Notes: generated by a model from the sequence alone, not told the origin. Shown: positions 1 through 10,777, numbered from the stretch's first letter. The stretch is DNA of 48,815 bases from Vulcanimicrobiota bacterium (GCA_003135555.1 PLCF01000015.1:1-48815); one strand, 5' to 3'. Numbers and translations: made by a program.

Positions 1-1286
1 TCGACGTCGAACGCGCCCCAGCCGCCGGTCTTGCACTGCATCGTCGCGACCCATTGCGCGGCGCGCGCGATCGCGCCCCGAAGGCGCTGCGGCTGCGGAT
101 GGTCGACGGCGGCGAGCGCCATGGCGACGACGGCAGTGTCGTCGACGTCGGGATACCACGCGTTCTCGAACTCGAACGCCCAGCCGCCGGGCCTTCCGGT
201 GCGGTTTTTCACCGCCCAGTCGCCGTACCGCGCGACGATCTGCTTGTCGAGCAGCCACGACGCGGCTCGCACCAGCCGTGGGTCGTCGCGCGGAATGCCG
301 GCATCCGCGAGCGCGCGGACCGCCAAGCCGGTGTCCCACACCGGCGAGATGCAGGGCTGCACGCGGTACGCTCCGTCGCTGCGAATCGTGAAGCCGTCGA
401 TCGCCGCCCAACCGCGCACGACGACGGGATCGTGAAGCGCGTAGCCGAGCGCGCGCAGCGCTAGCATCGCGTTGAGCATCGCCGGGATGATCCCGCCCCA
501 GTCGCCGGTGTGTTCTTGACGCTCGACGGTCCACGTTTCGGCGCGCTCGAGGCCGCGCTCGCGAAACGGAACCAGCCCGACGCGCTCGGCCCACTTCAGC
601 ACGCCGTCGACGGCGTTGAAAAACGCCCCGAACGCGTCGCCGGCGGCCGGCAGGGTGAAGCGTGCGTTCTCGCGGCCTTCGGCGTACAGCTCGTCGAGCG
701 CGAGCGCCGGTCCGTAGACGGGTTTGCGATCGAACAGCAGGATGAGCGGCACGGTGCTCCCGCGCGCCCAGCTCGAGAGATCGTAGATCGACAGCGGACC
801 GCGATCCGGCAATACCATGAGCCACGGCGGCAGGGCCGGCAGGCCGGACCATTCGTACGCGCCGATCAGCGCCAGGTGCATCTTGGTGAAGATGCGCGAG
901 CGGGTGATCCCGCCGCGCGCCAGCACGAAGAGGCGCGCGCGCGTGAGCGCCGGATCGCTCGCGGGAACGCCCAACAGCCGCAGCGCCAGGTAGGCTTCGA
1001 TGCTCGCGCTCAGCTCGCCGCCGTCGCCGTAGGCGAGCTCCCAGCCGCCGTGGCTGCGCTGCTGTTCGCGGAAGTAGCGTTCCGCCGCAGCGCGGGGGAC
1101 ACGGTAGAAGGTGCCCCACACGTGGTGCAGCAGCAGCACCTCAGCGGTGATGGAGACGTTGGACTCCAACTCCGCCCACCAATAGCCGGCCGGATCCTGT
1201 TGTTGAAACAGCGCGTCGACGGCGCGTTCGATCGCGCCCGTCAGCGTGGACGCGGCGGGGCGGTCGTTCTCGCGATCCGAAGGCAC
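1..1286 (-). CDS. shc: Squalene-hopene cyclase, 5' part (continues beyond the left edge)
   Basis: Manual minus-strand translation, not in the ORF track. GTG start at 1286, then GYWWAELESNV, GDWGGIIPAM, QPCISPVWDT and PGGWAFEFENAWYPDVDDTAVV (catalytic DxDD). Confidence 0.95.
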   Translation of the reverse strand, partial: MPSDRENDRPAASTLTGAIERAVDALFQQQDPAGYWWAELESNVSITAEVLLLHHVWGTFYRVPRAAAERYFREQQRSHGGWELAYGDGGELSASIEAYLALRLLGVPASDPALTRARLFVLARGGITRSRIFTKMHLALIGAYEWSGLPALPPWLMVLPDRGPLSIYDLSSWARGSTVPLILLFDRKPVYGPALALDELYAEGRENARFTLPAAGDAFGAFFNAVDGVLKWAERVGLVPFRERGLERAETWTVERQEHTGDWGGIIPAMLNAMLALRALGYALHDPVVVRGWAAIDGFTIRSDGAYRVQPCISPVWDTGLAVRALADAGIPRDDPRLVRAASWLLDKQIVARYGDWAVKNRTGRPGGWAFEFENAWYPDVDDTAVVAMALAAVDHPQPQRLRGAIARAAQWVATMQCKTGGWGAFDV

Positions 1287-1293
1287 TATCTCT

Positions 1294-2466
1294 ATGCTCA
1301 AAATGCTGCGTGCTGCGGCGTGGGTGGGTGCGGCGGCGTGGGTCGGGCTCGTCGTCGCCCGCGGTCGGTTTTGGGATGCGAGCGCCGACGGCCTTCGTGC
1401 TTCCGCGCACGGCGGCCCGGCGCCCGACGTCCACGCGATCGTTCCGGCACGCAACGAGGCCGACGTCGTGGGGCGGACCCTCTCGTCGCTGCTGGCGCAA
1501 GAGTATCCCGGCCGGTTCTCGATCACGCTCGTCGACGACACGAGCGCCGACGGCACGGGCGAGGTCGCGCGAGCAACGATCGCCGGCACGGCCGCGCGGC
1601 ATGCGGCGGGCGTCGTGGCCGCAGCGCCGCGGCCTGACGGCTGGACGGGCAAGGTATGGGCGCTCGCGCAGGGCGTTGCAACGGCGCGCGCGGCCGGCGC
1701 AACCCCGGCGTATTGGTGGTTCTCCGACGCCGACGTCGAGCACGATCCCGAAACGCTCGCGCGGCTCGTCGCCACCGCGACGCGTGACGAGCGCGCGCTG
1801 GTGTCGCAGATGGTCGAGCTGCACTGCGCGTCGCCGTGGGAGAACTTGCTGATCCCCGCGTTCGTATTTTTCTTCCGGATGCTCTACCCGTTCGCGTGGG
1901 TCGACGACGACGACCGCGCAACGGCGGCCGCAGCGGGCGGCTGCGTCCTGGTCTCCGACGCGGCGTTACGTGCGATCGGCGGGGTGGAGCGTATCGCCGG
2001 CGAGCTCATCGACGATTGCGCGCTCGCGGCAGCGGTGAAAAGCGAAGGCGGCGGCCTGCGCCTCGGCCTCTCGACGCGCTCGCGCAGCGTGCGGCCGTAC
2101 GAGGGGCTCGACGCGATCTGGGCGATGGTCGCGCGCACCGCTTACACCCAGCTGCGCTATTCGCCGCTGCTGCTGGCCGGCACCGTCGCCGGGATGGTGG
2201 TGCTCTACTACGTGCCGGTCGCTGCGACGTTCGCCGGCATACGTCGCGGGCGCGCCGACGTCGCGTTGCCCGGAATCCTCGGGTGGCTGGTAATGACCGC
2301 GGCCTACGCGCCGACCGTCCGGCTCTACCGGCTCCGCCCTGCGTCGGCGCTCACGCTCCCGCTCGCTGCCGCGCTGTACACCCTGATGACCGTCGATTCC
2401 GCGCGCCGCCACCACCGCCGCGAAGGCGGCGCCTGGAAAGGCCGCACGTTCACGCCGCCCGGCTAG
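1294..2466 (+). CDS. hpnB: Hopanoid-associated GT2 glycosyltransferase (HpnB-like)
   Basis: IVPARNEA, LVDDTSADGT, GWTGKVWAL, SDAD, AAAGGCVL, LIDDCALA and C-terminal WKGR; adjacent to shc. Start could be 1294 or 1303. Confidence 0.85.
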   Translation: MLKMLRAAAWVGAAAWVGLVVARGRFWDASADGLRASAHGGPAPDVHAIVPARNEADVVGRTLSSLLAQEYPGRFSITLVDDTSADGTGEVARATIAGTAARHAAGVVAAAPRPDGWTGKVWALAQGVATARAAGATPAYWWFSDADVEHDPETLARLVATATRDERALVSQMVELHCASPWENLLIPAFVFFFRMLYPFAWVDDDDRATAAAAGGCVLVSDAALRAIGGVERIAGELIDDCALAAAVKSEGGGLRLGLSTRSRSVRPYEGLDAIWAMVARTAYTQLRYSPLLLAGTVAGMVVLYYVPVAATFAGIRRGRADVALPGILGWLVMTAAYAPTVRLYRLRPASALTLPLAAALYTLMTVDSARRHHRREGGAWKGRTFTPPG

Positions 2467-2472
2467 CGGTGC

Positions 2473-3090
2473 TCACAGCGCGGCGACCGTGCGTGCCGTT
2501 TCGGTGAGGGTCGTCAGCGCCGAGCGTACGTCGCGCACGAAGCGCACGGCGTTGCGGGGGGCGCGGGCGAACGCCAGCGCCAGGTACAGCGGGCGCAGGC
2601 GGCCGTCGGGTCCGATGGCGTTTTCGATCGGCGGCAGGTTGTGCGAGGCGTCGTCGCTGACGACGCGGACCATCGCGCAGCGCACGCCGCGCGCGGCGAG
2701 CTCCGCCGCGAGGTGCGTCCCCTCCATGTCGACGACCTGGGCCTCGAACCGCTGCGCCAAGGCTTCGCGCGCCTCGACCCGCGTGACGACGCGGCGGGTG
2801 GTGCATGCCGTGACGACGCTCGCGCTCGGCAGCGCGCTCTGCAACGCCTCGATGAGCCGCGCGTCGAGCTCGAACCTGCGCGCGGTGTCGCGCACGCGCG
2901 CGTAGATCGTCACGTCGCCGACCGACAGCTGCGACAGCGCGCCGCACAAGCCGAGCACGAGGGCCGTCTCGCCGGCCGCGAACGCCGGCAAGGATGCGCC
3001 CGAAGCCGCCCCGGGTGCGACGACGGCGGCGTGCGGAATGACGCCGCGCACCGCGTCCGCCTCGGCTCCGTGCGGGACGACGATCCTCAC
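2473..3090 (-). CDS. Nucleoside phosphorylase-like protein, probably hopanoid-associated HpnG
   Basis: PNP/UDP-family motifs GLCGAL, VVDMEG, RVVSDD; hopanoid gene context. Confidence 0.7.
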   Translation of the reverse strand: MRIVVPHGAEADAVRGVIPHAAVVAPGAASGASLPAFAAGETALVLGLCGALSQLSVGDVTIYARVRDTARRFELDARLIEALQSALPSASVVTACTTRRVVTRVEAREALAQRFEAQVVDMEGTHLAAELAARGVRCAMVRVVSDDASHNLPPIENAIGPDGRLRPLYLALAFARAPRNAVRFVRDVRSALTTLTETARTVAAL

Positions 3091-3111
3091 GGCCTCGTCG
3101 TCAGCCTGCCG

Positions 3112-3750
3112 TCAGCGCCCGGTTTTGGCGGTCGCGACGCTGTCGGTGACGATCTTGTAGTCGGTGAACGTCGCGTGCGCCTCGACGTGATACGCCGGCA
3201 GCTTGATGTCGGCGTCCTCGGTCGCCGGCACGGGAATCCCGTCCATTACGACCGGGTTCACGTGCACGTCGATCCGCCCGCCGTTCACGTAGTGCCACTG
3301 AATGCGGCGCAACCCGTCGCCGTCGAGCTCGGCGTGGATCGCCTTCACGTTGCCTGCGACCTTGTCGCGCATCTCCACGAGCGTACGCTCACCTTCGTGC
3401 GCGATGCTCGCGACGTCGTAGTGCTCGGGCCACGTTTGGGGCTCGAGCGGGTCCATCTTCATGTTCTCGAAGCCCTTGCCGAACCACGGGACGTGGTCGA
3501 AGTGCACCGAGTAGAGATTCGGCCGCTTGTACTCGATGTGGCCGTCGACGTGGAAGCGCAGATAGGGGAACGAGCGCAACGCGAAGTCCACGTGCAGCTT
3601 GGACGTGTACGACTGCACCGGCGCGGTGCGCTGGCCGCTGAGCGCAAAAAGGTGCGCCGCTTCTTCGGCATGAGCGGCTGGGCCGGGGGCTTCGGCGAGC
3701 ATGCCGATCGATGCGACGATCAGACCGGCACAAAAAAGGGCGGGGCGCAC
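3112..3750 (-). CDS. Hypothetical exported protein (possible LolA-like beta fold)
   Basis: Signal-peptide-like N-terminus, natural composition, GC-biased third positions. Confidence 0.65.
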   Translation of the reverse strand: MRPALFCAGLIVASIGMLAEAPGPAAHAEEAAHLFALSGQRTAPVQSYTSKLHVDFALRSFPYLRFHVDGHIEYKRPNLYSVHFDHVPWFGKGFENMKMDPLEPQTWPEHYDVASIAHEGERTLVEMRDKVAGNVKAIHAELDGDGLRRIQWHYVNGGRIDVHVNPVVMDGIPVPATEDADIKLPAYHVEAHATFTDYKIVTDSVATAKTGR

Positions 3751-3799
3751 TGGCTGTTAGACCCCCGATATTGGGGGTGGGTTGCCGGGACCTGCGTCC

Positions 3800-3825
3800 G
3801 TTTCGGCGAGCGGCCCCCCGGGAAC
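3800..3825 (+). promoter_or_regulatory. Putative SigB/SigF-type general-stress promoter (GTTT-N16-GGGAAC)
   Basis: GTTT at 3800-3803 and GGGAAC at 3820-3825, 12 nt before the ATG at 3838. Confidence 0.4.
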
Positions 3826-3837
3826 GTCTCCGGCGCG

Positions 3838-3975
3838 ATGTATGCGGAGTACGTGATCCCCGAATCGGTCCCCGACGTGCCGGCGATGCCGGACGCGCCG
3901 CCCGATATGCCCGGGATCCCCGCCGATCCGACGCCGCCCGGCGGCGACCCGGAGCCGATGGACATCGCTGCCTGA
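3838..3975 (+). CDS. Small Pro/Asp-rich peptide (45 aa)
   Basis: ATG 3838 to TGA 3975, MYAEYVIPESVPDVPAMPDAPPDMPGIPADPTPPGGDPEPMDIAA; sits between the putative promoter and the next gene's SD. Confidence 0.5.
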   Translation: MYAEYVIPESVPDVPAMPDAPPDMPGIPADPTPPGGDPEPMDIAA

Positions 3976-3993
3976 TTCTCCAGGAGGGGAACG

Positions 3994-4329
3994 ATGCGGA
4001 TCATCTTACGGTTTTCCATCCTCGCTCTCGCGCTGTTCCTCGCGTTCGCCCCGACGTTCGCGCTCGCGCAGACGACGGGCGGCAGCGGCGGTTCCGGCGG
4101 GACGACGACCACCGGAACCAGCGGCGGCACCGGCGGTACCGGTACCACCAGCGGTACGACCAGCGGCACGGCCACCACGACTACGACGACGACGACCGAC
4201 CCGAACGCCGGCACCATGAACTGGACCTGGATCGTGGTCGGTGCGGTAGTCCTGGTGGTCGTCGTCGGACTCATCGCCATGGCGAACAACCGCTCGAGCT
4301 CGACCAGCACGACGGTCAGGCACGACTAA
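3994..4329 (+). CDS. Small secreted Thr/Gly-rich protein with C-terminal membrane anchor
   Basis: AGGAGG SD, signal peptide ending ALA-Q, T/G low-complexity linker, hydrophobic WTWIVVGAVVLVVVVGLIAM. Confidence 0.75.
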   Translation: MRIILRFSILALALFLAFAPTFALAQTTGGSGGSGGTTTTGTSGGTGGTGTTSGTTSGTATTTTTTTTDPNAGTMNWTWIVVGAVVLVVVVGLIAMANNRSSSTSTTVRHD

Positions 4330-4425
4330 CCACGCGCTGCGCCCGTCGAGCCGGCAGCGGGGAACCGGTTCGGCGAGCGCAGACCGGGGAGGATTCGGCG
4401 CCGCCCAGTCCGCTAGTGCCCGCAG

Positions 4426-5484
4426 GTGATCGATCGCCTCTATCCATTGGTTCTAGCGCCCACGGAGAAAGCGGCGATCTGGGGCGGCGACGCGCTGGTC
4501 AGGCGCTACGGAAAACCGGGTGATGCGGCCCAGGCGCTCGGCGAGTCATGGGAGTGCTGGGACGAGAACCGCGTCGTCAACGGTCCTCGCGCCGGCGCAA
4601 CGCTGGCCGAACTGCGCGCCGATCTGGGGTCGGCGCTGACCGGTCCGATCGATCCGGCGCGCACGTTCCCCGTCCTCACCAAGATCATCGACGCACGTCA
4701 AGCGCTCTCGGTGCAGGTCCATCCCGACGACGCCTACGCGCGGCGCGTCGAACACCAGCGCAACGGCAAGACGGAGTGCTGGTACATCCTCGCTCGCGAG
4801 CCGGGTGCGGAGCTCGTCCTGGGCTGGACGCGCGACACGACCCGCGACGAGTACGAACGTCGCGTCGCCGACGGCACGCTCGCGGAGATCCTGCGCCGCG
4901 TCCCGGTCGAGCCGGGCGACGCGTTCTATCTCCCCGCCGGCACGCTGCACGCGATCGGCGCCGGGATCCAACTCTTCGAAACGCAGCAGGCCAGCGATCT
5001 GACCTACCGCATCTTCGACTGGAACCGCCTGGGCGCCGACGGCAAGCCGCGCGAGTTGCACGTGCGCAAGGCCGGCGACGTGCTCGACTATCGAGCCACG
5101 AATCCCGGTGCCGTTCGGCGGCTCGCCTACAGCGAGGACGGCCTGGAGCGCACGCTGCTCATCGCCGACGCGCGCTTCTTGGTCGAGCGCGTGATCGTTC
5201 GGCGGGCCGAGGCGTACCTCCAGACCGACGGTCGGCCGCTGACGATCACCGCGATGGACGCCCACCTGCGCATCGACACCGAAACCGCGAGCGTCGTCCT
5301 CGAGCCCTGGCAGACGCTCGTGACGCCCGGCCGCATCGGGCGCTTGGCGTTCATCCCCGGGGGCGAGCCGACCGCCGCATTGGTCGTGCACCCGCAGCCG
5401 GACCGCTTCGCGCTGCGCAAGCGCGCGCTCGCCGCGGGCGTCGAGGCGGCGGCGTTCGGCGCGTTTCTCGCGCAGTTCGGGTAG
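4426..5484 (+). CDS. manA: Mannose-6-phosphate isomerase, class I
   Basis: IWGG, GESWE, LSVQVHPDD, GKTECWYI, PAGTLHAIG, ETQQASDLTYRIFDWNR. Confidence 0.9.
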   Translation: MIDRLYPLVLAPTEKAAIWGGDALVRRYGKPGDAAQALGESWECWDENRVVNGPRAGATLAELRADLGSALTGPIDPARTFPVLTKIIDARQALSVQVHPDDAYARRVEHQRNGKTECWYILAREPGAELVLGWTRDTTRDEYERRVADGTLAEILRRVPVEPGDAFYLPAGTLHAIGAGIQLFETQQASDLTYRIFDWNRLGADGKPRELHVRKAGDVLDYRATNPGAVRRLAYSEDGLERTLLIADARFLVERVIVRRAEAYLQTDGRPLTITAMDAHLRIDTETASVVLEPWQTLVTPGRIGRLAFIPGGEPTAALVVHPQPDRFALRKRALAAGVEAAAFGAFLAQFG

Positions 5485-5609
5485 CGTTGCGGCGGCCAAG
5501 AGACGATGTTTTCGTTTGGCTCTACGAATTCGCTGGTAAGAACCTGAGAACGATTCTCATCTAGCCCTCAGCACGTATTCGGCGTGGCGGGAGTACCAGT
5601 GATACCACC

Positions 5610-7343
5610 ATGCATACACTAGAACGGCCCGCCACCAACGGCCACGTCACCAGCGTCATCCTAAAAGCGCCGCTGCGGCGTCGACCGCGCTGGTGGTTCA
5701 TCGTCGCCGCGGTGGTGTTGATCGCGGGCATCGTCGCCACGGTCGTTGTCGTGCGCTCGCGCGCAGCGGCCGTTGAGTATGCGACCGTCCCGGTGCAGAC
5801 GGGGTCGCTCGCGCAAACCGTGACGGCCAGCGGAACGCTCAACCCGCAGAACACGATCAGCATCGGCAGTCAGGTCTCCGGCATCATCAGCGAGATCGAC
5901 GCCGACTTCAACTCGCACGTGCGCAAGGGGCAGGTGCTCGCGAAACTCGACCCGACGACGCTGCAGGCGCAGCTCGATCAGGCCCAAGCAACGCTCGCCC
6001 AAAGTGCCGCTCAGGCGCAGGCGTCCGGCGCGACCGCCGGCGGTGGCCCGGCTTCGGTAGCAGTCGCTCAGGCGAACGCCCTAGCCGCCGCCGCCGGTGC
6101 ACGCGTCGCTGCGTCCAACGCCGTCGCGTCCAACGCCGCGATCGCGACGGCGCAGTCCAACGTGACCAAAGCGCAGAGCGCGGTCGTCCTCGCGCAGCAG
6201 ACCGTCTCGCGCGATACGCAGCTGCTCTCGCAGGGCTACATCGCGCAGAGCCAAGCCGATGCCGACAAGTCCAACGAGGTCGCGGCGCAGAGCGCGGTCG
6301 ACGCTGCGCGCGTCGCGGTCGGACAAGCCCAGGCTCAGGCGCAGGCGTCCGTGGCGCAGGTCGCGCAGGCGAACGCGCAGCAGGCCGGCCAGTCGGCGCA
6401 GACCGGCGTATCCGACGCTACGGCGCAGACCGAGGCCGCACAGCACGATGCCGCCGTCGCCGCGATCGGCATTCAGCGCGCGCAAGTCACGGTTGCGGAG
6501 CAAAATCTCGCCCACACGATCATCACGTCGCCGGTAACCGGCACCGTGATCTCGCGCCAGGTCTCGATCGGGCAAACCGTTGCCGCGAGCCTGCAGACGC
6601 CGACGCTGTTCACCATCGCTCAAGACCTCACCAAGATGGAGCTCGACCTCGCGGCCGGCGAACCCGATATCGGGCGCGTGACCGCGGGTGACACGGTGAA
6701 CTTCAGCGTGCTCGCGTACCCCAATCGCACCTTCACCGCGAAGGTCGCGCAGGTGCGGCAGAACCCGACCATCGTCTCGAACGTCGTGACCTACACCGTC
6801 GTCGTCTACGTCGCGAACCAGGACAGCGCGCTGCGTCCCGGCATGACGGCAAATGCCACGATCGAGGTGGCGCACGTCGACAACGCCACGATCGTTCCGG
6901 TCGCCGCGTTCACGTACACGCCGCCCGCCGGCGCAGTCAATCGCACGCCCCGCAACCGCGGCGCGGGCACCGGCGCGAACGGCGCATCGAAGAGCGCGCA
7001 GGGCGGTGCGGCTAGCACCGGCTCGAGCGGCGGATCGGCATCGCCGTGGGGTTCCACGAGCGCGTCGAGCGGCGGCGCGGTCACCTCGGGCTCGTCCGGA
7101 CGGATCTTCGTCCTGCGCGGCGGCAAGCTGATCGTGGTTCCGGTCAAAGTCGGTCTCGTCGGTGACACGCAGGCTTCGGTGACACCGCTGCGCGGCACGC
7201 TCGGCGCGAACGATCAGATCGTTACCGGCGACAACCGCAATGCGAAGGGCGGGTCGACGAACACGAATACCCGCAACATCCTCACCGGCGGCGGCGGCGG
7301 TGGCCCGCGCGGCGGCGGCGGCGGCGGCCGTCCGGGAGGGTAG
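5610..7343 (+). CDS. MacA-like periplasmic adaptor (membrane fusion protein)
   Basis: N-terminal TM; ASGTLNP..IGSQVSG, VRKGQVLAKLD, ITSPVTGTVI..GQTVAASLQTPTLF, LRPGMTA; long Ala/Gln helical hairpin. Confidence 0.9.
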   Translation: MHTLERPATNGHVTSVILKAPLRRRPRWWFIVAAVVLIAGIVATVVVVRSRAAAVEYATVPVQTGSLAQTVTASGTLNPQNTISIGSQVSGIISEIDADFNSHVRKGQVLAKLDPTTLQAQLDQAQATLAQSAAQAQASGATAGGGPASVAVAQANALAAAAGARVAASNAVASNAAIATAQSNVTKAQSAVVLAQQTVSRDTQLLSQGYIAQSQADADKSNEVAAQSAVDAARVAVGQAQAQAQASVAQVAQANAQQAGQSAQTGVSDATAQTEAAQHDAAVAAIGIQRAQVTVAEQNLAHTIITSPVTGTVISRQVSIGQTVAASLQTPTLFTIAQDLTKMELDLAAGEPDIGRVTAGDTVNFSVLAYPNRTFTAKVAQVRQNPTIVSNVVTYTVVVYVANQDSALRPGMTANATIEVAHVDNATIVPVAAFTYTPPAGAVNRTPRNRGAGTGANGASKSAQGGAASTGSSGGSASPWGSTSASSGGAVTSGSSGRIFVLRGGKLIVVPVKVGLVGDTQASVTPLRGTLGANDQIVTGDNRNAKGGSTNTNTRNILTGGGGGGPRGGGGGGRPGG

Positions 7344-7345
7344 TC

Positions 7346-8049
7346 ATGACTCCCGTCGTCGAGGTGCGCAGCCTGCGCAAGGTCTATCCGCTCGAGGGTG
7401 GTGACGACGTCGTCGCGTTGCGCGGCGTCGACCTCACCATCGAGCCCGGCGAGTTCGTCGCCGTCATGGGGCCGTCGGGCTCGGGCAAGTCGACGTTCAT
7501 GCACATCGTCGGCCTGCTCGACCGGCCGACCTCCGGCACGTACCGTTTCGCCGGGCACGAGGTGAGCGCGCTCGATGCCGACGCGCTCGCCGACCTGCGC
7601 TCGCGCGCGCTCGGCTTCGTGTTCCAGTCCTACAACCTCTTGGCGCGCACCACGGCGATCGAAAACGTCGAGCTGCCCATGGTCTACGCCGGCGTCCCAG
7701 CCGCGGAGCGGCGGCGCGCGGCGATGGAAGCGCTCGATGCGGTCGGGTTGGTGAAGTACGCGCAACATCAGCCCAACCAGCTCTCGGGCGGGCAGCAGCA
7801 ACGCGTGGCGATCGCGCGCTCGATCGTGAACCAGCCGCAGCTCATCCTCGCCGACGAGCCGACCGGCGCACTCGACACCGTTTCGTCCGAAGACGTGATG
7901 GCGCTGTTCGGGCGGCTCAACGCTGAGCGCGGGATGACCGTCATGCTGGTCACCCACGAAGCCGACGTTGCGGCGCACGCGCGCCGGCTCGTCAGCTTCC
8001 GCGACGGCCACATTATCTCGGACGAACCCGTGCGCGCGAAGGTACTTGT

Positions 8050-8053
<4 letters not shown>
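7346..8053 (+). CDS. ABC transporter ATP-binding protein (MacB/LolD family)
   Basis: GPSGSGKST, LSGGQQQRVAIAR, ILADEPTGALD, VTHE. Confidence 0.95.
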
Positions 8054-9270
<1,217 letters not shown>

Positions 9271-9286
9271 GCCGGAACGCGTATCG

Positions 9287-9384
9287 GAAGGTTCGGAGGG
9301 TAGCTCAAGCAAGCAGGACTAATGGCCTAACGGAAAAGGTGGGCCAGATCACCTAAACTCCTGCCCCTGAGCCTCCGAACCTTC
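9287..9384. repeat. Long nested inverted repeat / structured intergenic element
   Basis: Perfect 13-bp arms GAAGGTTCGGAGG (9287-9299) and CCTCCGAACCTTC (9372-9384), with inner pairs GCTCA/TGAGC, GCAGGA/TCCTGC and TGGCC/GGCCA. Confidence 0.7.
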
Positions 9385-9388
9385 ATGC

Positions 9389-9895
9389 ATGACGTCAATC
9401 GTTGCCATGATGGCGGCGGTGTTCGGGCTCTCGCCGGTATTGGTGGGAGCCTCTGGGGGGCAGGAAGCCCCGATCGCCATCTCTTTCGTGAACCCGCACT
9501 ACCCGCAGCCGGTCGTCGAGCAAGCGCGAGCGCTGGCCGACGACGTGAACGCCGAACGCGCGAAGCGCGGCTTGCCGGCGCTGGCGCGCGACGAGGCACT
9601 GGACCGGTTCGCCTACGCCAAGGCGATGGAGATGGCCGCCCGGGGGTACTTCGGGCACACCGATCCCGACGGGGTCACCTTCCAGGACCGTTTGCGCGCG
9701 TGGCACTGGACCACGACCTACGCCGCCGAGAACATCGCGTTCGACCGCGACGAGCCGCACGCGCACGCGGCGTTCATGAACAGCGAACCGCACGCGCGCA
9801 ACCTGCTCGACCGCAACGAGCGGCGCATCGGTGTCGCGGTGGTGACCGTCGGCGAGCACGAGACGTTCTACGTCGAGGACTTCTCCGCCAACTGA
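9389..9895 (+). CDS. CAP/SCP domain protein
   Basis: VNAERAKRGL..L, MAARGYFGHT, AENIA, FMNSEPHARNLL, IGVAV. Confidence 0.9.
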   Translation: MTSIVAMMAAVFGLSPVLVGASGGQEAPIAISFVNPHYPQPVVEQARALADDVNAERAKRGLPALARDEALDRFAYAKAMEMAARGYFGHTDPDGVTFQDRLRAWHWTTTYAAENIAFDRDEPHAHAAFMNSEPHARNLLDRNERRIGVAVVTVGEHETFYVEDFSAN

Positions 9896-9910
9896 CGTCC
9901 GGCCGGTCGC

Positions 9911-10777
9911 TCACGCGCCGGGAAACCAAAAATTCGCTTGCCCCGTACCGATGGCGGCCTCGTAACGGCCGTACTGGATCCCGGGCGTCGTCCAGGCGCG
10001 CGCTCCGTGCGCCCCGGCCAGCACGAGGTAGTGCGCGAAGCGCCCTTCGGGCGAACAGCGCCGCCGGAACTCGTCGGCATGATCGATCGCGGCGGCGTGG
10101 TCGCCGGCGCGCCACCAATCCATGATCCGCTCGTCGAACGCACGCAGCGCGGGATCGCTCACGTCGCCGGGGTCGGCGCTCGCGCGCTCGCGGATAACCG
10201 CCAGCGGCCAGAAGCGGTGCGACATCCCGCCCGACGCGACGAGCACGACGCGCCGCCCGCCGCGCGCGGCCGCCGCCGCGATCGCCTCGCCGAAGCGCAG
10301 GTTCGGCTCGACCTCGGCCGTGTCGAGCACCGAGATCGGCAGCACGCGCTTGCGCGCCGGCCCGGGATTGTAGTAGTGCATCGGGTTGAGCGTTCCGTAG
10401 TGCACCGGCAGGCCGCGGTGCGCCGACGCCTCGGCGGGGACGCCGCGCGCTCGCGCCTCCTCCGCGATGAGCGCCGCCAGCTCGGGATCGCCGGGATGGT
10501 CGTAAGCGTACTCGTGGATCATCCACGGGATCTCGTCGGAGGTGTAGAGACCTTCGTGGCGGTCGTGCGCGTTGAGGATGAACTCGAGCGTCGAGTGCCA
10601 GTGGGTGTCGATCACCACGAAGGTGTCGAATTCGAGCGGGTCGAGCCGCTCGCGCTTTATTTGCGGCAACGCGTCGTAGAACGTGGTCACGCTCTTGCCC
10701 ATGTACTCGCGCCGCGCCTCGGGATCGAGGATCATGAGGCGTGGGACGTGCGTGGAGAAGAGCCCGCCGACAATCAT
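9911..10777 (-). CDS. hpaD: LigB-family extradiol dioxygenase, HpaD (homoprotocatechuate 2,3-dioxygenase)-like
   Basis: THVP, VIDTHW, EGLYTSDEIP, GDPELA, YGTLNPM, ASGGMSH and GTGQANFWF closely follow the E. coli-type HpaD pattern. The substrate is not proven. Confidence 0.8.
   Translation of the reverse strand: MIVGGLFSTHVPRLMILDPEARREYMGKSVTTFYDALPQIKRERLDPLEFDTFVVIDTHWHSTLEFILNAHDRHEGLYTSDEIPWMIHEYAYDHPGDPELAALIAEEARARGVPAEASAHRGLPVHYGTLNPMHYYNPGPARKRVLPISVLDTAEVEPNLRFGEAIAAAAARGGRRVVLVASGGMSHRFWPLAVIRERASADPGDVSDPALRAFDERIMDWWRAGDHAAAIDHADEFRRRCSPEGRFAHYLVLAGAHGARAWTTPGIQYGRYEAAIGTGQANFWFPGA

Noticed and set aside
510..1637. 375-aa plus-strand ORF and other plus ORFs at 31-464
   Set aside because: Antisense to shc, which has clear catalytic motifs.
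7286..7340. GGC tandem repeats (also Ser-Pro repeats near 18125-18165)
   Set aside because: Simple coding low-complexity linkers.
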